Below, piece by piece: positions 1-9,677 of a stretch of DNA of 64,000 bases. The translations under genes and the position numbers were made by a program. The notes below the pieces were generated by a model. That model had not been told where the DNA came from. It worked only from the letters and a program-made list of their open reading frames with translations, and did not search any database. Source of the DNA: Spirochaetia bacterium (GTDB lineage: Bacteria > Spirochaetota > Spirochaetia > CADAEX01); assembly GCA_963662795.1 (NCBI GenBank), contig OY759746.1, positions 2,976,001 through 3,040,000 on the forward strand, written 5' to 3'. How positions within the stretch are numbered: position 1 is the stretch's first letter; each line of letters opens with the position of its first letter.

Positions 1-306
1 CGGGCTTCCTCTTTACCCATCGCCTGGAAAAGGTGCCTGACTTTATTTGTGAGTATATGCTGATGTCCTATCTTGGGAATGCAGGAAAGTCCTTCAATAA
101 ATTCATCACATCTTTCCTCAGGCAGTGTGTCCCTGAACTTCCGGATCAGTTCAGAAAAAGAGAGTTCATCGCCGTAATTTTTTTTCAGCCCTGAGGAAAT
201 ATTCAATAAAAGAATGTATCGCAAGAATATAAAACCCTTCATCAGAGCCCGCCATCCTGGAAAGTCTTTCAATTTTTTTATCAGTTTCTTTCCCGCCATT
301 TTTCAT
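1..306 (-). CDS. 5' part of a gene running off the window edge; helical N-terminal domain (HEPN/DUF4145-like), with a possible frameshift in an A8 tract
   Basis: ATG at 306 gives MKNGGKETDKKIERLSRMAGSDEGFYILAIHSFIEYFLRAEK and stops soon after the A8 run (178-185). The adjacent frame continues NYGDELSFSELIRKFRD...HILTNKVRHLF to the edge; that frame is also open from ATG 299. Confidence 0.5.
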
Positions 307-393
307 TACCAGTTATACTTCCTGTTAATGATAATATTATATCAGGAAGAAAAGCCAAATAAAAATAACTTTATGGGTGGATGACGTAAATGC

Positions 394-936
394 CTATTTT
401 GTGTTCTTTTTTATGTAATCCTGATGATATTCTTCGGCCTTCCAGAAATCGGAGGCTTTTTTAATCTCTGTGTATACCTTAATACCTTTATTCTCAAATT
501 CATCAACTATTTTGAGAGCTGTTTTTTTCTCATCCTCCGTGCTGTAATAAATTCCTGATCTGTACTGTGAAATAAATCCCGGATCATTTCTTCCCTTATA
601 GGAAAAATCATGGGTTGTGAAAAAAAACCTCACAAGCTTTTCATAGCTGATAACTTCCGGATCATATAGCACTTCTACTGCTTCTGCGTGACCTGTTGTC
701 CCTGAACAGACATCCTTATATGTCGGATTGATTTTATCTTCTCCGGTATACCCTGATACAGCGCTTATAACACCATCCAGTTTTTCAAACCTGTCCTCTA
801 TGCTCCAGAAACATCCTGCCGCGAAATAAGCACTTCCGGGCGTTTTCGGTTCCTGTTCGCTGTTTCCATTTGAATATGACGATACTGCCGCCAGCAGATT
901 GAGTATAATAAACAGTTTAAGAATTATCTTTTTCAC
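394..936 (-). CDS. msrA: peptide-methionine (S)-S-oxide reductase with N-terminal signal peptide
   Basis: FAAGCFWSIE, GYTG, GHAEAVEV and AEEYHQDY motifs; hydrophobic leader; GTG start overlaps the upstream TGA. Confidence 0.93.
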   Translation of the reverse strand: MKKIILKLFIILNLLAAVSSYSNGNSEQEPKTPGSAYFAAGCFWSIEDRFEKLDGVISAVSGYTGEDKINPTYKDVCSGTTGHAEAVEVLYDPEVISYEKLVRFFFTTHDFSYKGRNDPGFISQYRSGIYYSTEDEKKTALKIVDEFENKGIKVYTEIKKASDFWKAEEYHQDYIKKNTK

Positions 937-1970
937 TTTATTCCCTTTATTGCCAGTGGAACCTTATTTTTCATTTTAATCAGATTGTCTTTCCATTGAG
1001 AAGGGAAAATACTTTCTCCCCCGGCAAGTCCCAGCAGCGCTCCAATAACAGCTCCCCTGTGACAATTATCCCCTCCCGCCATAGTATTCTGTATCAGCGC
1101 TTCTTCCGGCAATGACGAATATTTTAGTGCAAGGTAAAAAGATGCAGGAAGTGAATCGTCAAGATAGCAGGCTATGCTGAAAACCTTTCCCAATACCTCA
1201 AGATCAGGTTTTGATGTCAAAGAAGCGATTTTACCTGTAAGATATTCAAGGTCCTGCTTTTCAAGATGGCTTTTCAGGGCATCTTCAAGAGTTTTGCCGC
1301 CGATTATTTCCTCAGCGAGATAAATCAGCGTATTTACCCCTTTCCTGATTTTTTCACCTTTGTGTGTTACAGAAACATGCTCCTGCACAGTTTCGCCTGC
1401 CGCTTTAGGGTCATATCCCATGGAACGCAGCTTTGAGTAAAGCGGTATGACATGGACCATCCCGCCTATATGTTTTTCCTCAACCGCGCATTTATCCGGA
1501 TTTAGTCCTTTTTTAAGATTAATGAAAAATCCCCTGTGGCATTCCTCGATATATGTGTCCCTGTGCTCATCAGGGTGCAGCATGAATTTCATATACCTTT
1601 TTATGTAAGTGTCCCTGTCATAGCTGCCGAGCTCAGAAACCATGCCGAGGGCAAGGCTAAGCAGCTTGAGGTTTAGTGTGTTTTCTCCCGCTTCAAGGAA
1701 CTGGTGGTAATGAATGTTTTTGACCCCCCAGTATTTCCTCTGTCTGCCCAGTATGTCAAACTCAATTTCTTCCGGCTCATAGGAACTTCTCCATAGAAAA
1801 CTGCCTGCATGTATTTCCGGCGGGTCCTTGAAGTCCCTGATAACCCCGAATACTTTCTGCAATTCCTCCTGGTTATAATACCAGTGTGCCGGCATGGCAA
1901 GAGCATCGCCTATATAAGCTCCTGTCTCCGCCCCTTTAAATCTGTCATATATTTCAGGATTGTTAATCAT
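933..1970 (-). CDS. ADP-ribosylglycohydrolase family protein
   Basis: GAYIGDALAMP at the N-terminus and GGDNCHRGAVIGALLG near the C-terminus. Confidence 0.85.
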   Translation of the reverse strand: MINNPEIYDRFKGAETGAYIGDALAMPAHWYYNQEELQKVFGVIRDFKDPPEIHAGSFLWRSSYEPEEIEFDILGRQRKYWGVKNIHYHQFLEAGENTLNLKLLSLALGMVSELGSYDRDTYIKRYMKFMLHPDEHRDTYIEECHRGFFINLKKGLNPDKCAVEEKHIGGMVHVIPLYSKLRSMGYDPKAAGETVQEHVSVTHKGEKIRKGVNTLIYLAEEIIGGKTLEDALKSHLEKQDLEYLTGKIASLTSKPDLEVLGKVFSIACYLDDSLPASFYLALKYSSLPEEALIQNTMAGGDNCHRGAVIGALLGLAGGESIFPSQWKDNLIKMKNKVPLAIKGIK

Positions 1971-2071
1971 CGTTAAACTCCTATATATAAATATAACAAT
2001 AGAATTAAATACAGGGAAAATTTAAAAGTAAATATGAGAAATACTAACGGGAATCAGGTCCCTGCAGAGAG

Positions 2072-2100
2072 TTGACAGATTATATATACCATATTAATAT
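2072..2100 (+). promoter_or_regulatory. sigma70-type promoter of the ureohydrolase-LysR unit
   Basis: TTGACA-N17-TAATAT; AGGAGA RBS follows at 2135-2140. Confidence 0.6.
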
Positions 2101-2149
2101 AAGACATATAACAATAGTAGTTGTTGTATCCTCAAGGAGAGTTGAAAAT

Positions 2150-3109
2150 ATGGAAAAAGATAAAAAAAAACCGGCTGATTCATCATCAATACCCAGATTT
2201 GCAGGAATAAAGACATTTATGAGGCTGCCGTATGAAAGGGATGTAAAAGGGCTTGATTTTGCCGTAATGGGTCTTCCGTTTGATACTGGCGCGACATACA
2301 GGGTAGGGGCCCGCTTTGCGCCGGAAGCTGTAAGAAGTATTTCCGCTTTGATTAAACCATATAATGCTTTTCATAAAGTAAATATATTCGATTATATTTC
2401 GGGAGTTGATTACGGGGACCTCAATGTAATTCCTGGCTACATAATGGATACCTATGATGCGGTAACTGAAGAAATGAAGCTGTTCACTGACAACAATGTC
2501 ATTCCTGTTGTGATAGGAGGGGACCATTCCGTAACAGTGCCTCAGCTGAGAGCGCTGGCTAAAAAACACGGGCCGATGGCTCTTGTCCATTTTGATGCAC
2601 ACCTTGATACAGCTGATTCCTATTTCGGGAAAAAATATACACATGGAACTCCTTTTAGCAGAGCTAATGATGAAGGACTTTTAATCCCTGAAAAAACGAT
2701 TCAGATTGGTATGCGGGGTACTTATTATGGTGAGCATTCACTTAAAGAGTCGACAGGCAGGGGTTTTACTGTTATTTCAATTGATGAAGTGTTTAATATG
2801 GGCCTTGACAGTGTTATAAAACTCATACATGAAAAAGTAGGGGACAGCAAGGTATTTGTTACATTTGATATTGATGCACTGGATCCTGCCTACGCTCCCG
2901 GCACAGGCACCCTTATTCCGGGCGGCTTTACTTCCAGAGAGGCATTTAAACTTATCCGCGGTCTGGGCGGCCTTGATTTCACAGGCTTTGATGTAGTTGA
3001 GGTGCTGCCTGATCTTGACCCCTCCGGAATCACATCCTGTCTTGCCTCCAATATTGTATTTGAATTCCTAAGCCTTATAGCGCTCAGGAAAAAAATGAGA
3101 AAGATGTGA
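2150..3109 (+). CDS. speB: agmatinase/ureohydrolase family protein
   Basis: GGDHS, HFDAHLD, HGTPF and TFDIDALDPAYAPGTGT metal-binding motifs; start moved to ATG 2150 after the RBS; exact substrate not provable from sequence. Confidence 0.85.
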   Translation: MEKDKKKPADSSSIPRFAGIKTFMRLPYERDVKGLDFAVMGLPFDTGATYRVGARFAPEAVRSISALIKPYNAFHKVNIFDYISGVDYGDLNVIPGYIMDTYDAVTEEMKLFTDNNVIPVVIGGDHSVTVPQLRALAKKHGPMALVHFDAHLDTADSYFGKKYTHGTPFSRANDEGLLIPEKTIQIGMRGTYYGEHSLKESTGRGFTVISIDEVFNMGLDSVIKLIHEKVGDSKVFVTFDIDALDPAYAPGTGTLIPGGFTSREAFKLIRGLGGLDFTGFDVVEVLPDLDPSGITSCLASNIVFEFLSLIALRKKMRKM

Positions 3110-4008
3110 ATCTTCATCACCTTAAAACATTTTACCTGGCGGCAAAGTATCTAAGCGTATCACAGGCTGCCAGAGAATTGAACATAGCACAGCCTGCCGC
3201 CACAAGGCACCTTAAAGATCTGCAGAGAGAAACAGGAATAATACTATTCAGCAGTCAGGGAAGGAAAATTTCCCTGACAGGCGAAGGGAGAATCTTCTTT
3301 GAGAGGGCAAAAAAGATATTTGATGAAGAATCCCTTCTTGAAAACACAATAGAGGAGATAAAAAGACTGGGCAAAGGTATTATCTCAATTTCTGCCCAGG
3401 CAACATTCGGTGATTATTTTCTTCCCGGTGTAATTGAGGAATTGTACAGAAATTATCCGGGGATATCATTATCAGTTTCTACATTTAAGGAAAACGGGGA
3501 AATATTTTCATTGATTAAAAAAATGGAATATGATCTGGGTATTTCATCTGCGGAACCTGAATCGCATATTTTAAAATCGCGCAGGCTTTGCCGCCTGCAC
3601 CAGTCTCTTATAGTTCCTCCGGGACACAGGCTTTCAGGTGAAAAAATGATAACCCCTGACATGCTCAATGGAGAATCCTTCATTCTGCCTGAGAAATCAA
3701 CTGCCAGCAGAAAACTGATTGATAACTATTTCAACGCATATTCGGTAAAAGGAAATGCCCTTTATGAACTCGGCCATGCCGGGCCGATTATTGATGTTGT
3801 TAAAAAAAGAATCGGAATCTCAATTGCATATAATAAAATTTGCGGGGAAGAAGAAAAAAACGGAAATATCATATCAATACCGCTTGAAGATCCCGATGAT
3901 CTCCTTTCAAGAGATTTCTTCCTTATATATAATAAAGAGAAACAGATAACACAGTTAATGGGAAAATTTATTGATATAATTGAAAGAACAGTGCTTAATC
4001 TGGCCTGA
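3106..4008 (+). CDS. LysR family transcriptional regulator
   Basis: N-terminal HTH (SVSQAARELNIAQPAATRHL...LTGEG); 300 aa; GTGA overlap with speB. Confidence 0.93.
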   Translation: MNLHHLKTFYLAAKYLSVSQAARELNIAQPAATRHLKDLQRETGIILFSSQGRKISLTGEGRIFFERAKKIFDEESLLENTIEEIKRLGKGIISISAQATFGDYFLPGVIEELYRNYPGISLSVSTFKENGEIFSLIKKMEYDLGISSAEPESHILKSRRLCRLHQSLIVPPGHRLSGEKMITPDMLNGESFILPEKSTASRKLIDNYFNAYSVKGNALYELGHAGPIIDVVKKRIGISIAYNKICGEEEKNGNIISIPLEDPDDLLSRDFFLIYNKEKQITQLMGKFIDIIERTVLNLA

Positions 4009-4051
4009 TCTGTTCCGGCAATTAACTGAAAGATATCAAGGAGATAATTTT

Positions 4052-5155
4052 ATGGATAAAACAGTCTGGTGGGATTTCGACAGTGTGGAAAAGTTCATGA
4101 AAGACGCTTTTACGGCAACAGGTGTACCTGAAAAAGAAGCGGCCGTTTGCGCTGATGTGCTGATTACTGCCGACAAGCGGGGCATTGACTCCCACGGTGC
4201 CGGAAGGTTTAAGCCCATATACCTGGACAGGATCTGGGCAGGGACACAGTCTCCGGTTACAAAACTTGAAATAGTCAGCGAAAGCGATACAACTGCGGTT
4301 ATAGACGGACATAACGGAATGGGGCACTTTATTGCATACAGCGCAAATAAACTTGCGATAGAGAAGGCAAAAAAAACAGGTGCCGGAATTGTTGCAGTCA
4401 GGAACTCAACCCATTACGGGGCAGCCTGCTATTACCCGCTGAAAGCGATAGACCAGGGATGTTTCGGTATAACCTGCACTAACGCGCGCCCTTCAATAGC
4501 CCCGACATGGGGGATCGAAAACATGCTCGGGACAAATCCTTTAGTATTCGGATTTCCCACTGATGAAGAGTTTCCTTTTGTTCTTGACTGCGCGACATCT
4601 GTTACACAGAGGGGAAAAATAGAGCTTTACGAGAGGCTCGGGAAAGAACTGCCTGACGGCTGGGTTATCGGGGAGGACGGAAAGTACAGGCATGATACAA
4701 AGCAGGTTCTTGTCGACCTTAACAGGGGGAAAGCAGCGCTCACTCCGCTCGGCGGGCTAGGGGAGCTTACGGCAGGGTACAAGGGTTTCGGATATTCAAT
4801 GGTAGTTGAAATATTGTCTTCCGCATTATCCGATGCGGATTTTCTTAAAAATCTTTCGGGTAAAGACAGAGACGGGAATAATGTTCCGATCCTTCTCGGC
4901 CATTTCTTCATGGCTATAGATATCAGCCGTTTTATACCGCTTGAAAGATTTAAAAAGATATCCGGCACAATATGCAGGGATATAAGAAGCTCCAAAAAGG
5001 CCGAAGGGCAGGACAGGATATGGACTCCGGGGGAAAAGGAGCACGATGCCTGGCTTGAGAGAAAGGACAAAGGTGTGCCGTTTAACGAATCGCTTAAAAA
5101 ATCATTCAGGGAAGTAAAGGAAAGGCTTTCCCTTTCACATAGCCTTCCTTTCTAG
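4052..5155 (+). CDS. Ldh_2 family oxidoreductase (malate/L-lactate/ureidoglycolate dehydrogenase family)
   Basis: ADKRGIDSHG, RNSTHYG, LGTNPL, GYKGFG and PGEKE motifs; start at ATG 4052 after AGGAG. Confidence 0.88.
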   Translation: MDKTVWWDFDSVEKFMKDAFTATGVPEKEAAVCADVLITADKRGIDSHGAGRFKPIYLDRIWAGTQSPVTKLEIVSESDTTAVIDGHNGMGHFIAYSANKLAIEKAKKTGAGIVAVRNSTHYGAACYYPLKAIDQGCFGITCTNARPSIAPTWGIENMLGTNPLVFGFPTDEEFPFVLDCATSVTQRGKIELYERLGKELPDGWVIGEDGKYRHDTKQVLVDLNRGKAALTPLGGLGELTAGYKGFGYSMVVEILSSALSDADFLKNLSGKDRDGNNVPILLGHFFMAIDISRFIPLERFKKISGTICRDIRSSKKAEGQDRIWTPGEKEHDAWLERKDKGVPFNESLKKSFREVKERLSLSHSLPF

Positions 5156-5215
5156 ACTTCAGCGTCTGCCAGGAAAATGCAGTTAAAAAAGCAGGCTTTG
5201 CCGTCAATTATGGAT

Positions 5216-5263
5216 AAAAAAAAGGAGCGGTGTCCCGGCCGCTTAGGCCTTAACAGCGCTCCT
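5216..5263 (-). terminator. rho-independent terminator of the TRAP/aminotransferase operon
   Basis: AGGAGCG...CGCTCCT stem with an inner GGCC/GGCC stem, followed by a T8 tract on the minus strand. Confidence 0.7.
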
Positions 5264-5287
5264 ATAAAAAACCTGTAAGCTTTATTA

Positions 5288-6403
5288 TTATTTGCCCAGA
5301 CAGGATTTCAGCGCTTTCAGGATTTTATCAACATTTTCAGGACTTGAAGTATATCCCATAAGTCCTATTCTCCAGATTTTTCCCGCAAGGTCGCCGAGTC
5401 CTGCTCCTATTTCTATTTTAAATTCCTTGAGGAGCCTTGCCCTGACTGCAGCTTCATCAACTCCTTCCGGGACTATGACAGAGTTGAGTTCAGGAAGCCT
5501 GTATGCCTCTTCAACCAGCATTTTAAGCCCCAGTTCATCAAGTCCCTTAACCAGAAGTTTGTGATTTTTCATGTGGCGCGCATATACATTCTCTAGCCCT
5601 TCCTCAAGGACGACCTCAAGCGCCTGATACATGGCGTAAAGCATATTGATTGGCGCTGTGTGATGGTATACCCTTTTTGCCCCTTCCCAGTAATTAATAA
5701 TCATGGATAGATCAAGATACCAGTTGGGTACTTTCGTTTTTCTGGAAAGAAGTTTCTTTACTGCCCTATCAGAGAATGATACCGGTGATATACCGGGAGG
5801 GCAGGAGAGGCACTTCTGTGATCCGCTGTAAAGTGCGTCAATTCCCCAGTCGTCCATTCTGATCTCTATACCGCCCATGCTGGTTACTGTATCAACAAGG
5901 TATAGCGTCTCTTTTCCCTTAAGCAGGCTGCCGATTTCCGCCACAGGGTTTCTGACTCCTGTTGAGGTTTCAGCATGAACCACTGCAACAATTGAATAAT
6001 CATTTGCGGCAAGTTTTGACTTTACATCTTCTACAATAACCGGTGTTCCCCATTTGAAGGAAAGTGAATCCACATCAGCCCCGAGGCGGGTAGCGACATC
6101 GATCATTCTTTTTCCGAAAACCCCGTTTTCAAGTATCAGAACGCGGTCTCCCTTTTCAATAAGGTTTACAAAACAGGTTTCCATGCCTGCTGAACCGGTT
6201 CCTGACATCGGCACGGTGCATTTGTTTTTCGTGTTAAGAATAATCTGCATGTCTTTCTTCATGGCATCCATTATATCCATAAAGACTGGATCCATATGCC
6301 CAAGCGTGCTTACCGCAAGGGCTTTGTAAACCTCAGGGTGAACACAGGACGGGCCGGGTCCCATAAGCAGAATCTCCGGTACATTTTCAAGTTTATTAAC
6401 CAT
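5288..6403 (-). CDS. alanine-glyoxylate/serine-pyruvate aminotransferase (class V PLP)
   Basis: LLMGPGPS, SGTGSAGME, HAETSTG, SGSQKCLSCPPG (PLP Lys), YHHTAP, WRIGLMG. Confidence 0.92.
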   Translation of the reverse strand: MVNKLENVPEILLMGPGPSCVHPEVYKALAVSTLGHMDPVFMDIMDAMKKDMQIILNTKNKCTVPMSGTGSAGMETCFVNLIEKGDRVLILENGVFGKRMIDVATRLGADVDSLSFKWGTPVIVEDVKSKLAANDYSIVAVVHAETSTGVRNPVAEIGSLLKGKETLYLVDTVTSMGGIEIRMDDWGIDALYSGSQKCLSCPPGISPVSFSDRAVKKLLSRKTKVPNWYLDLSMIINYWEGAKRVYHHTAPINMLYAMYQALEVVLEEGLENVYARHMKNHKLLVKGLDELGLKMLVEEAYRLPELNSVIVPEGVDEAAVRARLLKEFKIEIGAGLGDLAGKIWRIGLMGYTSSPENVDKILKALKSCLGK

Positions 6404-6445
6404 TTTCCATCTCCTGTAAATAAATATTTCCTAAAATTAAAATTA

Positions 6446-7732
6446 TTAACTATAAAGTAAAAGATTCGGCAGGAACGTTGAAAGCTGCGGTAAAAATGTC
6501 AGCAGAAAAAGCACTAAAACCAGGATCACGATAAACGGTACAAGCGCCTTTGTAACTTCTTCAAAGGTTATCCCCGCAATATCAGCCACAAGATATATAA
6601 ATACTCCTACTGGTGGTGTAATCAGGCCGATGTTCAGGTTCAGCTCCATCAGTACTCCGAAATGTGTCAGGTCAATATTAACGCTCTGCAGAAGCGGGAG
6701 AATAATCGGCAGTATAATAAGTTTTATACTTATTCCTTCCATAAAGCATCCCATTGCAAGAATCATTAAATTAAGAACAACAAGGAGAACATATTTATTT
6801 TCACTGAAATTAAGCAGCATTGCCGCTACCTTGCTTGGAATTCTTTCATAGGTGAGTATCCATCCAAAAACCAGCGCAAAAGAAACGATCAGCATTACCT
6901 TGCTGCCCATTTTACCTACATTTATAAAATCCCTGATCAGTTTTTTCAGTGTCAGTTCCCTGTAAATCAAACCAAGAATAATAGCGTAAACAAGGGCAAT
7001 AACCGCTGCTTCAGTCGGTGTTACTATTCCTGTTGTAATTCCTCCGAGTATTATTACCGGTGAAAGCAAAGGGAAAAATGCTTCTTTGAAAGACACCAGC
7101 AGTTCTTTAAATGTCGCTCTTTTTTCTACGGGAAAGTTGTTTTTTTTCGCAATGAAAAAGACAACCAGCATCATTGCTGCAGTCATTACAATGGCAGGTA
7201 TGAAACCGGCTAGAAAAAGAGCTCCTACTGATGTTCCTGTCATTGCTCCGTAAACTACAAAACCGAGACTGGGAGGCATTATGGTTCCGACAGTAGAGGA
7301 TGCGGCTGTAACTGCAGCTGAAAAAGCCGGGGGATAGTTTTCCTTTTTCATAGCCTCGATTTCAATTGTTCCCAGTCCTGCCGCGTCTGCTGTGGCTGAT
7401 CCTGACATCCCGGCAAAAATCAAGCTGGCGACCACATTAACCTGGCCAAGACTTCCGGGAATATGTCCTACAAGTTTTTTCGCGAATCCGAACAGGCGGT
7501 TTGTTACACCTCCTGAGTTCATTAAATGGCCCGCAAGCATAAACAGCGGTATTGCCAGCAGTGTAAAAGAATCAAATGTACTCAGCATCATCTGGGGAAG
7601 AGTTATAAGCGGGTTTCCGGTTGTGATAAAATAAAATGCGCATGATATTCCAAGGCAGAATGCGATCGGAATTCTTATTACCATCAGTACCGCGAAAACT
7701 ATTAAAAAACCGTAGTCAAGCATTTTTGGCAT
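6446..7732 (-). CDS. TRAP transporter large permease (DctM)
   Basis: LLAIPLFMLAG, FAGMSGSATADAA, IMPPS, TPTEAA, ITPPVG. Confidence 0.95.
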   Translation of the reverse strand: MPKMLDYGFLIVFAVLMVIRIPIAFCLGISCAFYFITTGNPLITLPQMMLSTFDSFTLLAIPLFMLAGHLMNSGGVTNRLFGFAKKLVGHIPGSLGQVNVVASLIFAGMSGSATADAAGLGTIEIEAMKKENYPPAFSAAVTAASSTVGTIMPPSLGFVVYGAMTGTSVGALFLAGFIPAIVMTAAMMLVVFFIAKKNNFPVEKRATFKELLVSFKEAFFPLLSPVIILGGITTGIVTPTEAAVIALVYAIILGLIYRELTLKKLIRDFINVGKMGSKVMLIVSFALVFGWILTYERIPSKVAAMLLNFSENKYVLLVVLNLMILAMGCFMEGISIKLIILPIILPLLQSVNIDLTHFGVLMELNLNIGLITPPVGVFIYLVADIAGITFEEVTKALVPFIVILVLVLFLLTFLPQLSTFLPNLLLYS

Positions 7733-8186
7733 CCTTCTTAATGAATTTCATTGCTGACAGCAGACTGTAAAACGCAATACCAATAAATCCAATAAAAATG
7801 GGTATTGTAAAAAAAACCATCGGCATTCTTGTTGAAGCACTGCGTATATTCTTTTCAATAATTATCTGAATAAAAGTTGCATACAGCAGCAGACAGGAAA
7901 AAATAAAAATAAGCAGGTGATTAAATATATTGACAGTTCTTTTCACCGGGTCTGAAAACTTGTTGTAAAAAAAATTGACTTCAAGATGCTTGTCGTCATG
8001 TGAAGCAAGCGCGCTTCCCATGAACGTAAACCAACAAAAAGAAAGTCTTGAAAATTCATCTGTCCATATAAGCGGATTGTTAAGTAAATAACGGAAAAAA
8101 ACCTGAAGTAGAACACTTATTACTATTCCGAACAGAGATAGAGCCAATATAATAGTGTAGAATTTTTCCGTAAACAGCTTTGTCAT
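7716..8186 (-). CDS. TRAP transporter small permease (DctQ)
   Basis: QVFFRY...WTDEFSR...H motif; 4 TM; lies next to DctM. Confidence 0.92.
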   Translation of the reverse strand: MTKLFTEKFYTIILALSLFGIVISVLLQVFFRYLLNNPLIWTDEFSRLSFCWFTFMGSALASHDDKHLEVNFFYNKFSDPVKRTVNIFNHLLIFIFSCLLLYATFIQIIIEKNIRSASTRMPMVFFTIPIFIGFIGIAFYSLLSAMKFIKKDAKNA

Positions 8187-8194
8187 AATAACTC

Positions 8195-9562
8195 CTATTT
8201 AATTCTGACATCCTGCAATATCAAGACCTTTTGAACATCAGAAATGCAGACGCCGGATGTTGATGTTCCGTTTTTTATGGATATGGCAGCGGCAACACCT
8301 GCAGCCTGTCCGGTAAGTATACAGCAGCTCATGTTTCTGAAAGCGCAATGGGCGATCCTGTCGCCTGAAATTGATCTGCCGGCTACAAGAAGATTGTCAA
8401 CTTTTTTGGGAACCAATGTCCTGTAGGGCACCTGGAAGTACCGTCCTGTGAGCGGCAGAATCAGCGTATTGCATCCGTCAATAAATTCCGGATATATTCC
8501 GATTGAATCATCGAATCTTGCCTGATTTTTAACATCATATTCCGTCAGATAATAATGTCCTTCAATTTTTCGTGATTCTCTGGTTCCGAGAGTCATGCCG
8601 AAATTTCTCAGCCTGGCATTCTGGAATCCGGGCACATATTTATTTAATGCCCTGATTGTATAAAGAGCGCTTTCCCTGCCGCTGATTTCGGCCATTGTCA
8701 GATCATTTATATCTGTACAGTCAATATTTTTAATAAAAATCAGATTAAGCTGGGTTGCGTCCCCTTCCTTTGACAGCGTACTCCATGTTCCGCCTATTCC
8801 GATATTCTCATCTTTTGGAATAAAACCGTCTTTTTGAGCCTGCCGAAACGGTTTTTCCATAAACGGGCTGAACATGTCTAATCCGTTATCTGCTATTTCC
8901 TGCCCCCAGCTTTCTCCGCCCCAGTCTCTGTATGTCGGTTTTAAAACATTTTTAACATAATCTTCAAATTCATCTTTTTTTACCCCCCGGCAGGAAAACA
9001 TCTGTGTTACGGACATTAAGCTTTTCTTAGCTGCCTTTGTGTAGGGTGCACCTGAATAAGCTGCAATATCAGCATCTCCCGTGCAGTCAATTACCCTTTT
9101 TGCAAGTATCGCAATCCTGCCGGATTTGCTTTCGGTTATCAAACCTTTTATAATTCCGTTTTCAATTATCGCGTCTGCTGCAAAGCAATGCAGTACAGGT
9201 CTTATTCCAGCCTCGTCTACCAGCTGGTCTGCTACATACTTAAACATTTCAGCATCAATTGCTTCACTGTCTGATTGAACTTCCTTAGCCGTTGCTCCAA
9301 GGGATTTTGCTTTCTGTTCGAATTCAATACAGAGTCCGCCGGCTTCATTGGTTTTTTCATGTCTGTACCAGGCTATTGCCTCAACACCTACCTGACTGAG
9401 TACGCCTCCGAAACAGCCGTACCTTTCCAGAAGAAGGGTATTCATCCCCTCGCGCGCCGATGCTATCGCGGCCGCAAGCCCTGAGGGGCCCCCACCGACT
9501 ACCAATACATCTGTTTCAGCAAAAACCGGTATATCTCTGGATTTCTCTGTAACTGTTTTCAT
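8195..9562 (-). CDS. FAD-dependent oxidoreductase (FAD_oxidored family), substrate unknown
   Basis: DVLVVGGGPSG Rossmann motif, IDCTGDADIA, RESRKIEG, NLLVAGRSISGD, GQAAGVAAA. Confidence 0.9.
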   Translation of the reverse strand: MKTVTEKSRDIPVFAETDVLVVGGGPSGLAAAIASAREGMNTLLLERYGCFGGVLSQVGVEAIAWYRHEKTNEAGGLCIEFEQKAKSLGATAKEVQSDSEAIDAEMFKYVADQLVDEAGIRPVLHCFAADAIIENGIIKGLITESKSGRIAILAKRVIDCTGDADIAAYSGAPYTKAAKKSLMSVTQMFSCRGVKKDEFEDYVKNVLKPTYRDWGGESWGQEIADNGLDMFSPFMEKPFRQAQKDGFIPKDENIGIGGTWSTLSKEGDATQLNLIFIKNIDCTDINDLTMAEISGRESALYTIRALNKYVPGFQNARLRNFGMTLGTRESRKIEGHYYLTEYDVKNQARFDDSIGIYPEFIDGCNTLILPLTGRYFQVPYRTLVPKKVDNLLVAGRSISGDRIAHCAFRNMSCCILTGQAAGVAAAISIKNGTSTSGVCISDVQKVLILQDVRIK

Positions 9563-9677
9563 TATTTGCCTTGATAAAATAATTATAGGTTAATTTAAAT
9601 TATATTTAAGATAAATCTGAGTGCCGGATAATCATGAATATATTCAGACTAAACGGCACCCATCTTTTTAAGTTAAA

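Noticed and set aside
394-936. Selenocysteine MsrA
   Set aside because: The catalytic codon is TGT (Cys); no in-frame TGA
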